Shown piece by piece: positions 28,735 through 38,528 of a DNA stretch of 64,000 bases. Made by a program: the position numbers and the translations under genes. Origin of the DNA: an uncultured Acidobacteriota bacterium (lineage in GTDB: Bacteria; Acidobacteriota; Vicinamibacteria; Fen-336); assembly GCA_902826455.1 (NCBI GenBank), contig CADEEV010000002.1:188488-252487 (forward strand). The letters are read 5' to 3'. Position 1 is the stretch's first letter, and each line of letters opens with the position of its first letter. The notes beneath the pieces are model-generated. The model was not told the DNA's origin and did not search any database. It worked only from the letters and a program-made list of their open reading frames with translations.

Positions 28735-29484
28735 ATGCGCTCCCGCGGTCTCCTGCTCCTTCTCGCGGCCTGGCTCGCCGCACCCTCCGCCCACGCCGGC
28801 GATCCCGCGGTCGATCTCGAGCTCGCGATCGGCCGCGGCGACGTAGCCGCCGTCAAGGCCTTCCTCGCCGGCGGCCGCAGCGCCGACACGCCGATCGCCG
28901 AGGGCCACCAGACGCCGCTGCAGCGCGCCGCGTCCACCGGCAAGACCGCGATCGCGAAGCTGCTGCTCGAGCGCGGGGCCAGCGTCAACGCGCCGTCGGC
29001 CTCGGGCAGCGCCCTGCACCTCGCGATCGGCGGCGGCTGGGACGACATCGTCCAGCTCCTGATCGACAACGGCGCCGATCCCGACCAGCGCGACCCCTTC
29101 GACAACACGCCGCTCGTGAGGGCGGTGAGCGCCCAGAACCGCGAGGCCGCGCAGATCCTGATCAAGGCGGGGGCCGACCTCGGCGCCAGCACCTACGGCC
29201 TCACGCCGCTCATGTTCGCGTCGAGCACCGGCGACCCGGAGTCGATCCGCTTCCTGGTGAAGGCCGGCGCCAAGGTGAACGGCGTCGGCAAGGGCCAGTA
29301 CGGCGGCCGCAGCGCGCTGCTCGCCGCGATCCCCGACGGCCACGCGGACTGCGTCAAGGTCCTGATCGAGCTCAAGGCCGACGTGAACCAGAAGGGCCCC
29401 GACGGCAAGACGCCCCTGGCGACGGCGCGCGAGGCGAAACAGGAGGAGATCGTGACGATTCTCAAGGCCGCGGGGGCCCGGTGA
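28735..29484 (+). CDS. Secreted ankyrin-repeat protein.
   Basis: Signal peptide 'MRSRGLLLLLAAWLAAPSAHA'. ANK repeats ('TPLQRAASTGKTAIAKLLLERGASVNA...'). Confidence 0.85.
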   Translation: MRSRGLLLLLAAWLAAPSAHAGDPAVDLELAIGRGDVAAVKAFLAGGRSADTPIAEGHQTPLQRAASTGKTAIAKLLLERGASVNAPSASGSALHLAIGGGWDDIVQLLIDNGADPDQRDPFDNTPLVRAVSAQNREAAQILIKAGADLGASTYGLTPLMFASSTGDPESIRFLVKAGAKVNGVGKGQYGGRSALLAAIPDGHADCVKVLIELKADVNQKGPDGKTPLATAREAKQEEIVTILKAAGAR

Positions 29485-31025
29485 CGGGCCGCCCGCTCGT
29501 CCTCTTCCTGGCGGCAGCGCTGGCCCTGCCGGCGCATGCCGCCGATCCCAAGCTGGTTGCGAAGCTGCTGAAGCAGCTCGCCGACAGGAAGGACGACAAG
29601 CGCATCGACGCGTCCTACACCCTCGTCGACCTGCGGATCGTCGAAGCGGTGCCGGCGCTGATCGTGGCGCTGCGCGATCCCGTGAAGGAGGTGCGCTACA
29701 ACGCCGCGGGCGCGCTGTGGAACCTGGGCGAGGCCGCGCGTCCCGCCGTGCCCGACCTGATCCGTCGCCTCGACGATCCCGATCCCGGCGTGCGCGTGCA
29801 GGCGGCCGGCGCCCTGAAGGGCTTGAACGCCGCGACGGCCCAGGTCATGGCGGCGCTCAAGAAGGTGCTGGTCGACGGCGACGAGGACGATCGCAAGCGC
29901 GCCAAGGACATGCTGAAGGGCGGGGGCGCGGGCGGCATCCAGTTCGCGGCCCAGGAGGGCCAGGCCGACGTCGTGGCGGGGCTGCTCGACGGCGGCGTCG
30001 ACGTGGACGCGCTCGACGACAACAAGCGGACGGCGCTGCACTGGGCCGCGTCCCAGGGCCGCGAGGACGTCGTGAAGCTGCTGCTCGAGCGCGGCGCCGA
30101 CGTCTCGCTCGCCGACAAGGACCAGAACCAGCCACTGCACCTGGCCGCGTTCAAGGGCTCGCTGCCCGTGGCCCAGCTGCTGCTCGACAAGAAGGCCGAC
30201 GTGAACGCCGTCGAGGAGCGCCGCATCACTCCGCTGCACCTCGCGGCGCGCACGGGCAACAAGCCCCTCGTGGACCTGCTGCTGGCGCGCGGCGCCAACC
30301 CCAAGGCCAAGGACCAGCAGGGCTCGAGCCCGATGCACTGGGCGGCCTCGGGCGGCCAGACCGACGTGGTGCTCGCGTTCCTCGCGAAGGGCCTCGACGT
30401 GAACCTTCCGGACTCCCACGGCCAGGGCCCGCTCTACGACGCCGCGGCCGGCGGCCACACCGAGCTCGTGAAGCTGCTGCTCGACCGCAAGGCCGCCGTG
30501 AAGGGCACGGGCCTCATGGCGACGATGACGGGCACGCCGCTCCACGGCGCGGCCCGCGGCGGTCATCTCGCCACCATGGAGCTGCTGATCGCGCGGGGCG
30601 TGCCGCTCAACGCGGCGCAGTTCGACAAGACGGCGCTCCACGCCGCCGCCGCCGAGGGCCGGATCGAGGCCATGAAGCTGCTGCTCGCGAAGGGCATGAA
30701 GGTCGACGCCGTGGCGCCCCAGACGAGCGGCGGCACGCCGTTGTTCAGCGCCGTCTTCGAGGGCCAGCTCCCGGCGGTGCAGTTCCTGGTCGAGCAGGGC
30801 GCGAACGTGAACGCGAAGGAGGCCTCGAGCGGCCGCACGGTCCTGCACAGCGCCATGAACCGCGGCGGCCTCGACGACAAGCGCCAGGCCATCGTGAAGC
30901 TGCTCCTCGACCGCAAGGCCGATCCCAACGCGAAGGACGCGGCGGGAGCGACGCCCCTCGCGGTAGCGCTCGAGAACCAGAACAAGGAAGGTGCCGCCCT
31001 GCTGCGGCAGTACGGGGCGCAATAG
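29481..31025 (+). CDS. Secreted HEAT-repeat plus ankyrin-repeat protein.
   Basis: ATG overlaps the upstream stop (ATGA). Signal peptide 'LVLFLAAALALPAHA'. HEAT repeats ('DPVKEVRYNAAGALWNLG', 'DPDPGVRVQAAGAL'), then about 9 ANK repeats. Confidence 0.85.
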   Translation: MTGRPLVLFLAAALALPAHAADPKLVAKLLKQLADRKDDKRIDASYTLVDLRIVEAVPALIVALRDPVKEVRYNAAGALWNLGEAARPAVPDLIRRLDDPDPGVRVQAAGALKGLNAATAQVMAALKKVLVDGDEDDRKRAKDMLKGGGAGGIQFAAQEGQADVVAGLLDGGVDVDALDDNKRTALHWAASQGREDVVKLLLERGADVSLADKDQNQPLHLAAFKGSLPVAQLLLDKKADVNAVEERRITPLHLAARTGNKPLVDLLLARGANPKAKDQQGSSPMHWAASGGQTDVVLAFLAKGLDVNLPDSHGQGPLYDAAAGGHTELVKLLLDRKAAVKGTGLMATMTGTPLHGAARGGHLATMELLIARGVPLNAAQFDKTALHAAAAEGRIEAMKLLLAKGMKVDAVAPQTSGGTPLFSAVFEGQLPAVQFLVEQGANVNAKEASSGRTVLHSAMNRGGLDDKRQAIVKLLLDRKADPNAKDAAGATPLAVALENQNKEGAALLRQYGAQ

Positions 31026-31027
31026 AG

Positions 31028-33175
31028 ATGAGGCGCGCCGTCGCACTGCTGTTGGCGGGCCTGGTGGCGCCCGCGAGCCACGGGCAGCAGGTCGTGCCGG
31101 GCACGGCCGCCGAGGTGGTGCAGCTCGACGTGGTGGTGACCGACTCGAACGGCCGCCCCGTGCGCGACCTGACCCTCGCCGACTTCCTCGTGCAGGAGGA
31201 CGGCAAGCCGCAGAAGCTGTCGCTGTTCGTGCCGTCGGGCTCGAACGCCCCCGAGCCGACCGAGGAAGAGCTCGTCGCGGCGGAGGCGGCCGAGGCGGCC
31301 GGCGAGGCGCCGAAGTCGCCCGGCCGCAGCATCGCGGTCGTGGTCGACGACCTGCACATCGCCCCGGAGAGCATCGAGCTGGCGCGGCGCGCGCTGCGCC
31401 GGCTGCCCCGCGAGCTGATGCGCGACGACGACTCGGTGGCCCTGGTCACGACCGCCCATGGCGTCATCCAGCAGTTCACGAAGGACACGGCGACCCTGGG
31501 CCAGGCCATCGAGCGCCTGATCGCCCAGGCCCCGGCCTTCCCGCCCGCGGCCCACTCCCAGATGACCGCGGTGCAGGCGGAGCTGATCCTGCGGGGCGAC
31601 CGCAACGCCCGCAAGCTCGCCGCCAAGAGCCTCATCGCCGAGCCGGGCAGCATCTTCGACACGGCCGGCCCGCGCGCCGCGATCGCGGCCGCGAACGGCG
31701 GCGGCAACACGAGCGCCGCCGGCGGCGACGCCGGCAAGGAGGCCGCGGCCGAGGACGAGGTGCAGCGCCAGGCCCGCGGCGTGCTGGCCGAGGCCCTGCG
31801 CTACTCCGTCGCGTCGCTGTCGGGCGTCGAGGACGTGCTGCGCGGCCTCGGCGCGCGGCCGGGCCGCAAGCTGTGCCTGCTGGTCTCGGACGGCTTCCTG
31901 GTGGGCCGCGGCACGTCCGACGAGCGCACCCGCGACCTGCAGCGGGTCACCGACGCCGCGACGCGCGCGGGCGCCGTCGTCTACACCCTCGACACGCGCG
32001 GCCTGATCTCCGGCGGCGCCGACGCGAGCATCGCGGGCAACAGCGTGCAGCCCGAGTTCAAGGCCGGCATCGACGCCCAGTCGTCCGCGATCTACCGCAC
32101 GACCCTGCGCGACATCGCCCTCGACACCGGCGGCCTGTTCGTGTCGGGCACGAACGAGATGGCGGCCGGGATCGCGCGCATGCTGGCGGACAACGCGGCC
32201 TACTACCTCATGGCCTACGAGCCGACCAACACGAAGCGCGACGGGCGCTTCCGCAGGATCAAGGTGCGGGTGCCGGCCCACGCCAACTACGACGTGCGCA
32301 CGCGCGCCGGCTACTTCGCCCGCGACGCGAAGAAGCCCGGGCCGCCGCCGCAGCGCGCCGTGCTCGACGGCGGGCTCGATCTCGACGAGGCCCGCGAGGC
32401 CCTGGCCCAGCCGCTGCCGGGCGGCGGCATCCCGGTGTCGGTCGACGCCGCGTTCCTCGACCTGCCCGCCACCGGGCCGCAGGCCCTCGTGCGAGCCCAC
32501 GTCGAGCTGGCCGGTCTCGTGTGGGACAAGGCCGAGGGCCGCAACCACGCCACCGTCGAGCTGCTCGGCAGCGCCTACGGGCCGAGCGGACAGGCCGTGG
32601 GCGCGCCCTTCGGACAGCGCGCCGAGCTCAACTTCTCCGACGCCGAGCTCAAGCGCGCGGTCGCCGCGGGCCTCGAGTTCCAGCAGTCCCTGAGCCTGCC
32701 GCCGGGCCGCTACGACGTGCGCGTGCTGGCCCGCGAGAAGCGCATCGGCCAGGTGGGCGGCGGCAGCGCGCCGATCGAGATGCCCGACCTCGCGGACGGC
32801 GCGCTCGCCGCGAGCGGCGTGTTCCTGGCCTCGGCCAAGGCCGGCGCCGATCCCCAGACCCAGGCGCGCGGCGTGCGCCGCGTCAAGAAGGGCGAGAACC
32901 TGTTCTTCCAGGTCTACGTGTACAACGCGGAGGGCGCCGGCACCCGCGCCGCGGACGTCGTGCTGCAGGCGCAGGTGTGGTCGAACGGCAAGCCGATCGC
33001 GGCCTCGAAGGTGCAGCCCGCCAAGCTCGCGACCGACGGTGTCACGCCGATCCCCGAGACCAACGAGGTCGGCCTCTCCGGGCTCGCCCCCGGTCCCTAC
33101 GAGCTGCGCGTGGTGGTGGTCGATCGCAAGGCGGAGGCGACCGTGAAACGCTCCGCCGCGTTCGAGATCGAATGA
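31028..33175 (+). CDS. Secreted VWA-domain protein (VWFA-related acidobacterial family), copy 1.
   Basis: ATG at 31028, 2 nt after the upstream stop. Signal peptide. N-terminal 'VVQLDVVVTDSNGRPV...FLVQEDGKPQKLSLF' beta-sandwich, then a VWA domain. Confidence 0.85.
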   Translation: MRRAVALLLAGLVAPASHGQQVVPGTAAEVVQLDVVVTDSNGRPVRDLTLADFLVQEDGKPQKLSLFVPSGSNAPEPTEEELVAAEAAEAAGEAPKSPGRSIAVVVDDLHIAPESIELARRALRRLPRELMRDDDSVALVTTAHGVIQQFTKDTATLGQAIERLIAQAPAFPPAAHSQMTAVQAELILRGDRNARKLAAKSLIAEPGSIFDTAGPRAAIAAANGGGNTSAAGGDAGKEAAAEDEVQRQARGVLAEALRYSVASLSGVEDVLRGLGARPGRKLCLLVSDGFLVGRGTSDERTRDLQRVTDAATRAGAVVYTLDTRGLISGGADASIAGNSVQPEFKAGIDAQSSAIYRTTLRDIALDTGGLFVSGTNEMAAGIARMLADNAAYYLMAYEPTNTKRDGRFRRIKVRVPAHANYDVRTRAGYFARDAKKPGPPPQRAVLDGGLDLDEAREALAQPLPGGGIPVSVDAAFLDLPATGPQALVRAHVELAGLVWDKAEGRNHATVELLGSAYGPSGQAVGAPFGQRAELNFSDAELKRAVAAGLEFQQSLSLPPGRYDVRVLAREKRIGQVGGGSAPIEMPDLADGALAASGVFLASAKAGADPQTQARGVRRVKKGENLFFQVYVYNAEGAGTRAADVVLQAQVWSNGKPIAASKVQPAKLATDGVTPIPETNEVGLSGLAPGPYELRVVVVDRKAEATVKRSAAFEIE

Positions 33176-33183
33176 GGGTGACG

Positions 33184-35304
33184 ATGAAGAAGGCATTCGC
33201 CATCGGCCTTGCGCTCCTGCTGACGCCCAGGGCCGGGGCCCAGCAGGCCGTCACCGGATCCGCCGCCGAGATCGTGCAGCTCGACGTGGTGGTGACCGAC
33301 GGCGACGGGAAGCCGGTCCGCACCCTGACCCAGGCCGACTTCGAGGTTCAGGAGGACGGCAAGCCGCAGCGCCTGTCGTTGTTCGTGCCTTCCGGGGCCT
33401 CGGGCACGCTGGCCGTGGCCGACACGCCAGGCGCCGCGGGCGCCCCTCCGGGCCCCGCGGCGGCCGGCCGCAACATCGCGGTGGTCGTGGACGACATCCA
33501 CATCGCTCCGGAGAACCTGGTGCAGGCCCGCACGGCGCTGAAGCGGCTGCCCCGCGAGATGATGCTCGAGGGCGACAGCGTCGCGCTGGTGTCCTCGACG
33601 CGCGGTGTCATCGAGCCGTTCACGAAGGACCGCGAGCGCCTCGAGCACGCGATCGACACGCTCCTGGCGCTGGCGCCGCCGGCGCCCCAGGGCCGCGGCA
33701 CGCAGATGACGCCGGCCCAGGCCGAGCTGATCCTGCGCGGCGACCGCAACGCCCGCAAGCTCGCGGCGCGCACGCTGCGCCTCGAGCCCGGGAGCGTCAG
33801 CGATTCGAACGGGCCGCGCGCGGCGCTCACCAGCAACTACGGCCAGTCCGGGGCGCCGACCGAGGAGGGCGTCGATGCGGCGGCGGAAGACGAGGCCCAG
33901 CGCCAGGCCCGCGGCATTCTCGCGGAGACGCTGCACTTCTCGGTCGCTTCCCTGGCGGCCGTCGAGGACGTCAGCCGCGCGATGTCGGCGTGGCCCGGCC
34001 GCAAGGTGATGCTGCTGCTCTCGGACGGCTTCCTGGTGGGCCGCGGCACGAGCGAGGAGCGCACGCGCGAGGTGCAGCGCGTCGTCGACGCGGCGACGCG
34101 CGGCGGCGCCGTCGTGTACACCATGGACACCAAGGGCCTGATCACCGGCGGCCCGGACGCGAGCGCCGCGGGAACCGCCGTGGGCCAGGACTTCAAGGCG
34201 AACGTCGACCAGCAGTCGATGCAGCTCCTGCGCGGCACGCTCGCCGACATCGCGGCCCAGACCGGCGGCTTTCTCGTCGCCGGCACGAACGACCTCGCGG
34301 GCGGCCTCGCGCGCATGCTGGACGACAACGCGTCCTACTACCTCATGGCCTACGAGCCGCTGAACGCGAAGCGCGACGGCAAGTTCCGCCGCATCAAGGT
34401 GCGCCTGCCGGCCCACGCGAGCTACCAGGTGCGCACGCGCGCCGGCTACTACGCGCGCGACGCCAAGGTGGCGGCGCCGCCGCCGCCGCGCGCCGTGCTC
34501 ACGCCGGGCCTCGACCTCGGCACCGTGGTCGCGGCCCTCGCGGCGCCGCTGCCGCAAGGCGGCATCCCGGTGCGGCTCGGGGCCGACTTCCTGTCCTTGC
34601 CGGCCACGGGCTCGCAGGCCCTGGTCCAGGCCCACGTCGACATCGCGGCGCTCCAGTGGCAGAAGACGGCGGGGCGCAACCAGGCCACCCTCGAGCTGCT
34701 CGGCAGCGCGTTCGATGCCGGCGGCAACGCGGCCGGCGCGCCGTTCGGCCAGCGCGCCGAGCTCAACTTCTCCGACGAAGAGCTGAAGCGCGCGAGGGCC
34801 ACCGGCGTCGAGTTCCAGCAGGCGCTCGGCCTGCCGCCCGGCCGCTACGAGGTGCGGCTGCTCGCGCGCGAGACGCGGCTGGGACAGGCGGGCTCGAGCC
34901 ACGTCGCGCTCGAGGTGCCGGATCTCGCGAACGGCGCCCTCGCCACGAGCGGCGTGTTCCTGGCCGCGGCCCCCGCCGCGGCGTCGCAATCGGCGAAGTC
35001 GCAGCGCCGCTTCAAGAAGGACACGAGCCTGTTCTTCCAGGTCTACGTGTACAACGCGCGGGGTGCTTCCGAAGGCGCCGCGGACGTGGTGCTGCAGGCG
35101 CAGATCTGGTCGGGCGGCAAGGCCATCGCGGCCTCGAAGCCGCAGCCCGCGACGCTCGGCAAGGACGGGGAGACGCCGCTGCCCGAGACCAACGAGGTGG
35201 GCCTCGCCGGGCTCGAGCCGGGTCCCTACGAGCTGCGCGTGGTGGTGGTCGACCGCAAGGCCAACGTCAACGCGCTGCGCACGGCCGAGTTCGCGATCGA
35301 GTGA
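33184..35304 (+). CDS. Secreted VWA-domain protein (VWFA-related acidobacterial family), copy 2. Tandem paralog of copy 1.
   Basis: ATG at 33184. Collinear with copy 1 throughout ('IVQLDVVVTDGDGKPV...FEVQEDGKPQRLSLF' ... 'GPYELRVVVVDRKA'). Confidence 0.85.
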   Translation: MKKAFAIGLALLLTPRAGAQQAVTGSAAEIVQLDVVVTDGDGKPVRTLTQADFEVQEDGKPQRLSLFVPSGASGTLAVADTPGAAGAPPGPAAAGRNIAVVVDDIHIAPENLVQARTALKRLPREMMLEGDSVALVSSTRGVIEPFTKDRERLEHAIDTLLALAPPAPQGRGTQMTPAQAELILRGDRNARKLAARTLRLEPGSVSDSNGPRAALTSNYGQSGAPTEEGVDAAAEDEAQRQARGILAETLHFSVASLAAVEDVSRAMSAWPGRKVMLLLSDGFLVGRGTSEERTREVQRVVDAATRGGAVVYTMDTKGLITGGPDASAAGTAVGQDFKANVDQQSMQLLRGTLADIAAQTGGFLVAGTNDLAGGLARMLDDNASYYLMAYEPLNAKRDGKFRRIKVRLPAHASYQVRTRAGYYARDAKVAAPPPPRAVLTPGLDLGTVVAALAAPLPQGGIPVRLGADFLSLPATGSQALVQAHVDIAALQWQKTAGRNQATLELLGSAFDAGGNAAGAPFGQRAELNFSDEELKRARATGVEFQQALGLPPGRYEVRLLARETRLGQAGSSHVALEVPDLANGALATSGVFLAAAPAAASQSAKSQRRFKKDTSLFFQVYVYNARGASEGAADVVLQAQIWSGGKAIAASKPQPATLGKDGETPLPETNEVGLAGLEPGPYELRVVVVDRKANVNALRTAEFAIE

Positions 35305-36263
35305 AGCCGCTCCGCTTCGCCCTGGGCTGCGCCGCGCTGCTGCTGATGTGGGGTGGCCTCGCGGCCCTGGCGCTCCGCGTCATGACGCCGGTGACGCCCG
35401 CGGCCCCGCGGCCCTGGCTGGCTCTCGTGGCCGGCGGCCTCGTGGCGCTGGGCCTGCAGAGCCTGTGGTACCTGGCGTTCGGCGGGGTCGGGCGCGGCTC
35501 CGGCTCGCGGCAGGAGATCCTGAGGCGCGCCGCGGCGGGCGAGGCGCCGCCCGACGGCGGCTTCATCGTGGCGACGGGCACCGTGCGTGCGCTCGGCGCG
35601 CCGCTCGTAGCACCGCTCTCGGGCCGCGAGTGCGCCGCCTACATGTACCGGATGTTCTACCGCGGCCGCGAGGCCGGCAAGAAGCGCGCGCTCGCCGAGG
35701 TGCCGGTGTTCTGGGGCCACTCGTTCCGGCCCTTCGCGATCGACCATCCCGCCGCGCGCTTCCGTGTGATGGCGGTGCCGCTGCTCGGCAACCAGGCCGA
35801 GCGCCGCGAGGGCGACGCCGTCGTGGCTCAGGCCCGGCAGTGGGTCGCCTCTACTGCGTTCGAGGATGTTTCGCCCAACGTCGTCGGTTCGCTCGGCGCG
35901 GCCCTCGCCCACGTGAAGACGCTGTTCAGCGACGAGGACGGCGAGGACCGCCGCGACTACCGGCGCGCCGGCGAGGAGGGCCGCGATCCCGGGACGCTGA
36001 TCCTCGAGGAGACCCTCCTGCCCGTCGGCGAGGTGGCTTCGGTCTCGGGCCGCTGGTCCGCGGCGAAGAGCGCCATCGTGGCGGGCGGCGGCGACGCCGT
36101 GGCGGAGACCGTGTCGGCCGTGCTGGGACCGCCCGAGCGCCTGAAGGGGCCGGGCGAAGTGCCGCCCTCGTTCGCGTCCTACCTGACGAGCGCGATCGTG
36201 CTCACGGCCCTGGGCGCCGGCCTCGTCTGGTTCTCGATCGCGATCCTGCCCGGGATGAAATGA
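35301..36263 (+). CDS. Hypothetical membrane protein.
   Basis: GTG at 35301 overlaps the upstream TGA. Two N-terminal TM segments and one C-terminal TM segment. Confidence 0.6.
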   Translation: MKPLRFALGCAALLLMWGGLAALALRVMTPVTPAAPRPWLALVAGGLVALGLQSLWYLAFGGVGRGSGSRQEILRRAAAGEAPPDGGFIVATGTVRALGAPLVAPLSGRECAAYMYRMFYRGREAGKKRALAEVPVFWGHSFRPFAIDHPAARFRVMAVPLLGNQAERREGDAVVAQARQWVASTAFEDVSPNVVGSLGAALAHVKTLFSDEDGEDRRDYRRAGEEGRDPGTLILEETLLPVGEVASVSGRWSAAKSAIVAGGGDAVAETVSAVLGPPERLKGPGEVPPSFASYLTSAIVLTALGAGLVWFSIAILPGMK

Positions 36264-37711
36264 AGGGCGGCCTCGTCCTCGTCACGGGCGCCACCGGCTA
36301 CATCGGGGGCCGCCTCGTGCCCCGACTGCTCGAGGCCGGCTACCGCGTGCGCTGCCTGGCGCGGGCCCGCGGCAAGCTCGCGGCACACGTGTGGGCCGCG
36401 GATCCGCGCGTCGAGATCGTCGAGGGCGACGTCGGGGAGCCCGAGGCGCTCCAGATAGCGCTCGCCGGCTGCACGGCCGCCTACTACCTCGTGCACTCCA
36501 TGGTCGCGACGGGCGCCGCGTACGCGGCCCAGGACCGCGCGCTCGCGGAGGCCTTCGCGGGCGCGGCCGGCCGTGCGGGGCTCGAGCGCCTCGTCTACCT
36601 GGGCGGGCTGGGCGAGCTCGGCGACGGTCTCTCGGAGCACCTCGAGTCGCGGCGCGAGGTAGAGCGCAGGCTCCAGTCGGGCCCGATCCCGGTGACCGTG
36701 TTGCGCGCGGCCATGATCATCGGCTCCGGGTCCGCCTCCTTCGAGATCCTGCGCTACCTCGTCGAGCGCCTGCCGGTGATGATCACCCCCAAGTGGGTCG
36801 CGACCGAGTGCCAGCCGATCGCCGTGCGCAACGTCCTGCGCTACCTGGTCGCGTGCCTCGACGTGCCCGAGACGCGCGGCCGCACCCTCGACATCGGCGG
36901 GCCCGACGTGCTCTCGTACCGCGCGATCATGGACGTCATGGCCGAGGAGCGCGGGCTTCCGCGGCGCATCGTGATCCCCGTGCCCGTGCTGACGCCGCGC
37001 CTCAGCTCGCTCTGGATCCATCTCGTCACCCCGCTCTCGCGACGCATCGCGCGCCCGCTCGCCGAGGGGCTGCGCAACCGCGTGGTGTGCCGCAACGACG
37101 ACGCGCAGCGCCTCATGCCCGGCTCGCTGCTGACCGTGCGCGAGGCGATCCGCGCGGCGCTCCAGCGCCTGAAGGCCGGTGACGTCGAGACGGCGTGGTC
37201 CACCGCCGGGCCGATCCCGGGCGACCCCGACTGGGCCGGCGGCACCGTGTTCACGGACAGCCGCTCCGTCGCGATTGCGGCGAGCCCGGCCCGGGTCTTC
37301 GCCGCGGTGCGGCGCATCGGCGGCGGCCACGGCTGGTACGCGGCCGACCGGCTGTGGCGCCTGCGCGGCCTTCTCGATCGCCTGGTGGGCGGCCCCGGCC
37401 TGCGCCGCGGCCGGCGCGATCCCGACAGCGTCGGCTACGGCGAGGCCCTCGACTTCTGGCGCGTGACCGGCCTCGTGCCCGACCGGCGTCTCGCCCTGCG
37501 CGCCGAGATGAAGCTGCCGGGCGAGGCCCTGCTGGAGTTCACGGTCGAGCCCGAGGGTGCGAACGCGCGGCTGGTGCAGACCGCGCGGTTCCTGCCCCGC
37601 GGCCTGCTCGGCCTCGCCTACTGGTACGCCGTGCTGCCCTTCCACGGCATCGTCTTCGCCGGCATGCTCCAGGGCATCCGGCGCGAGGCGGAGACGCCCG
37701 CGCCCGCCTGA
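36260..37711 (+). CDS. NAD(P)-binding SDR/NmrA-like domain fused to a DUF2867-like domain.
   Basis: ATG overlaps the upstream stop (ATGA). Rossmann motif 'LVTGATGYIGGRLV'. The C-terminal ~160 aa is SRPBCC-like ('VFTDSRSVAIAASPARVFAAVRRIGGGHGWY'). Confidence 0.8.
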   Translation: MKGGLVLVTGATGYIGGRLVPRLLEAGYRVRCLARARGKLAAHVWAADPRVEIVEGDVGEPEALQIALAGCTAAYYLVHSMVATGAAYAAQDRALAEAFAGAAGRAGLERLVYLGGLGELGDGLSEHLESRREVERRLQSGPIPVTVLRAAMIIGSGSASFEILRYLVERLPVMITPKWVATECQPIAVRNVLRYLVACLDVPETRGRTLDIGGPDVLSYRAIMDVMAEERGLPRRIVIPVPVLTPRLSSLWIHLVTPLSRRIARPLAEGLRNRVVCRNDDAQRLMPGSLLTVREAIRAALQRLKAGDVETAWSTAGPIPGDPDWAGGTVFTDSRSVAIAASPARVFAAVRRIGGGHGWYAADRLWRLRGLLDRLVGGPGLRRGRRDPDSVGYGEALDFWRVTGLVPDRRLALRAEMKLPGEALLEFTVEPEGANARLVQTARFLPRGLLGLAYWYAVLPFHGIVFAGMLQGIRREAETPAPA

Positions 37712-37714
37712 GCC

Positions 37715-38527
37715 ATGCCCGAGCTCCCCGAGGTCGAGGTCACGCGCCGGCAGCTCGCCCCCATGCTCGTGGGGCGCAAGGTCGCGCGCGTCTTCACGAC
37801 CCGGCCGAGCTACTTCTTCCTGACGCCGCCGGCGACGCTGCGGCGGCGCCTCACGGGCCGCGTCGTCGAGCGCCTGGAGCGCCTCGGCAAGTACCTGCTC
37901 GCCGACCTCGACAGCGGCGAGCGCCTCTTGCTCCACCTCGGCATGACGGGGGAGATCGTGCGCGAGGGCGCCGTCGACCACGACCGCCACGTGCACCTGC
38001 GCCTCGAGTTCGACGACGGCCGGCCCGGCGTCGTGTTCCGCGACGAGCGCAAGTTCGGGAAGGTGCAGCTCCTCGCCGCCGGCGAGGACTCGAAGCGCGT
38101 GCTGCGCCTGGGCCCCGACGCGCTCTCGGCCGACGCGGAGCACCTCCACGCGGCCACGCGCGGGCGGCGCATCCCGATCAAGACGCTGCTGCTGGACCAG
38201 GCGGTGCTGGCCGGCGTCGGCAACATCTACGCGGACGAGGCGCTGTTCCTGGCGCGGGTGCGTCCCACGCGGCGCGCCGCCGGCCTGACGCGGGCCGAGA
38301 CCCCGGCGATCGCCGCCGCGGTGCGCCAGGTGCTGCGGCGCGCGATCGAGGCCGGCGGCTCCAGCATCAGCGACTTCGTCCAGCCCGAGGGTGGAGAAGG
38401 CGGCTATCAGCACGAGCGCCACGTCTACGCGCGCGAGGGCGAGCCCTGCGGCCGCTGCGGCACGGCGATCCGCCGCACGGTGCTCGGCCAGCGCTCGTCC
38501 CACTACTGCCCGAGCTGCCAGCGCTGA
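37715..38527 (+). CDS. mutM: Formamidopyrimidine-DNA glycosylase.
   Basis: Canonical N-terminus 'MPELPEVEVTRR'. 'KFGKVQL' and a C-terminal zinc finger 'CGRCGTAIRRTVLGQRSSHYCPSCQ'. Confidence 0.95.
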   Translation: MPELPEVEVTRRQLAPMLVGRKVARVFTTRPSYFFLTPPATLRRRLTGRVVERLERLGKYLLADLDSGERLLLHLGMTGEIVREGAVDHDRHVHLRLEFDDGRPGVVFRDERKFGKVQLLAAGEDSKRVLRLGPDALSADAEHLHAATRGRRIPIKTLLLDQAVLAGVGNIYADEALFLARVRPTRRAAGLTRAETPAIAAAVRQVLRRAIEAGGSSISDFVQPEGGEGGYQHERHVYAREGEPCGRCGTAIRRTVLGQRSSHYCPSCQR

Positions 38528-38528
38528 G

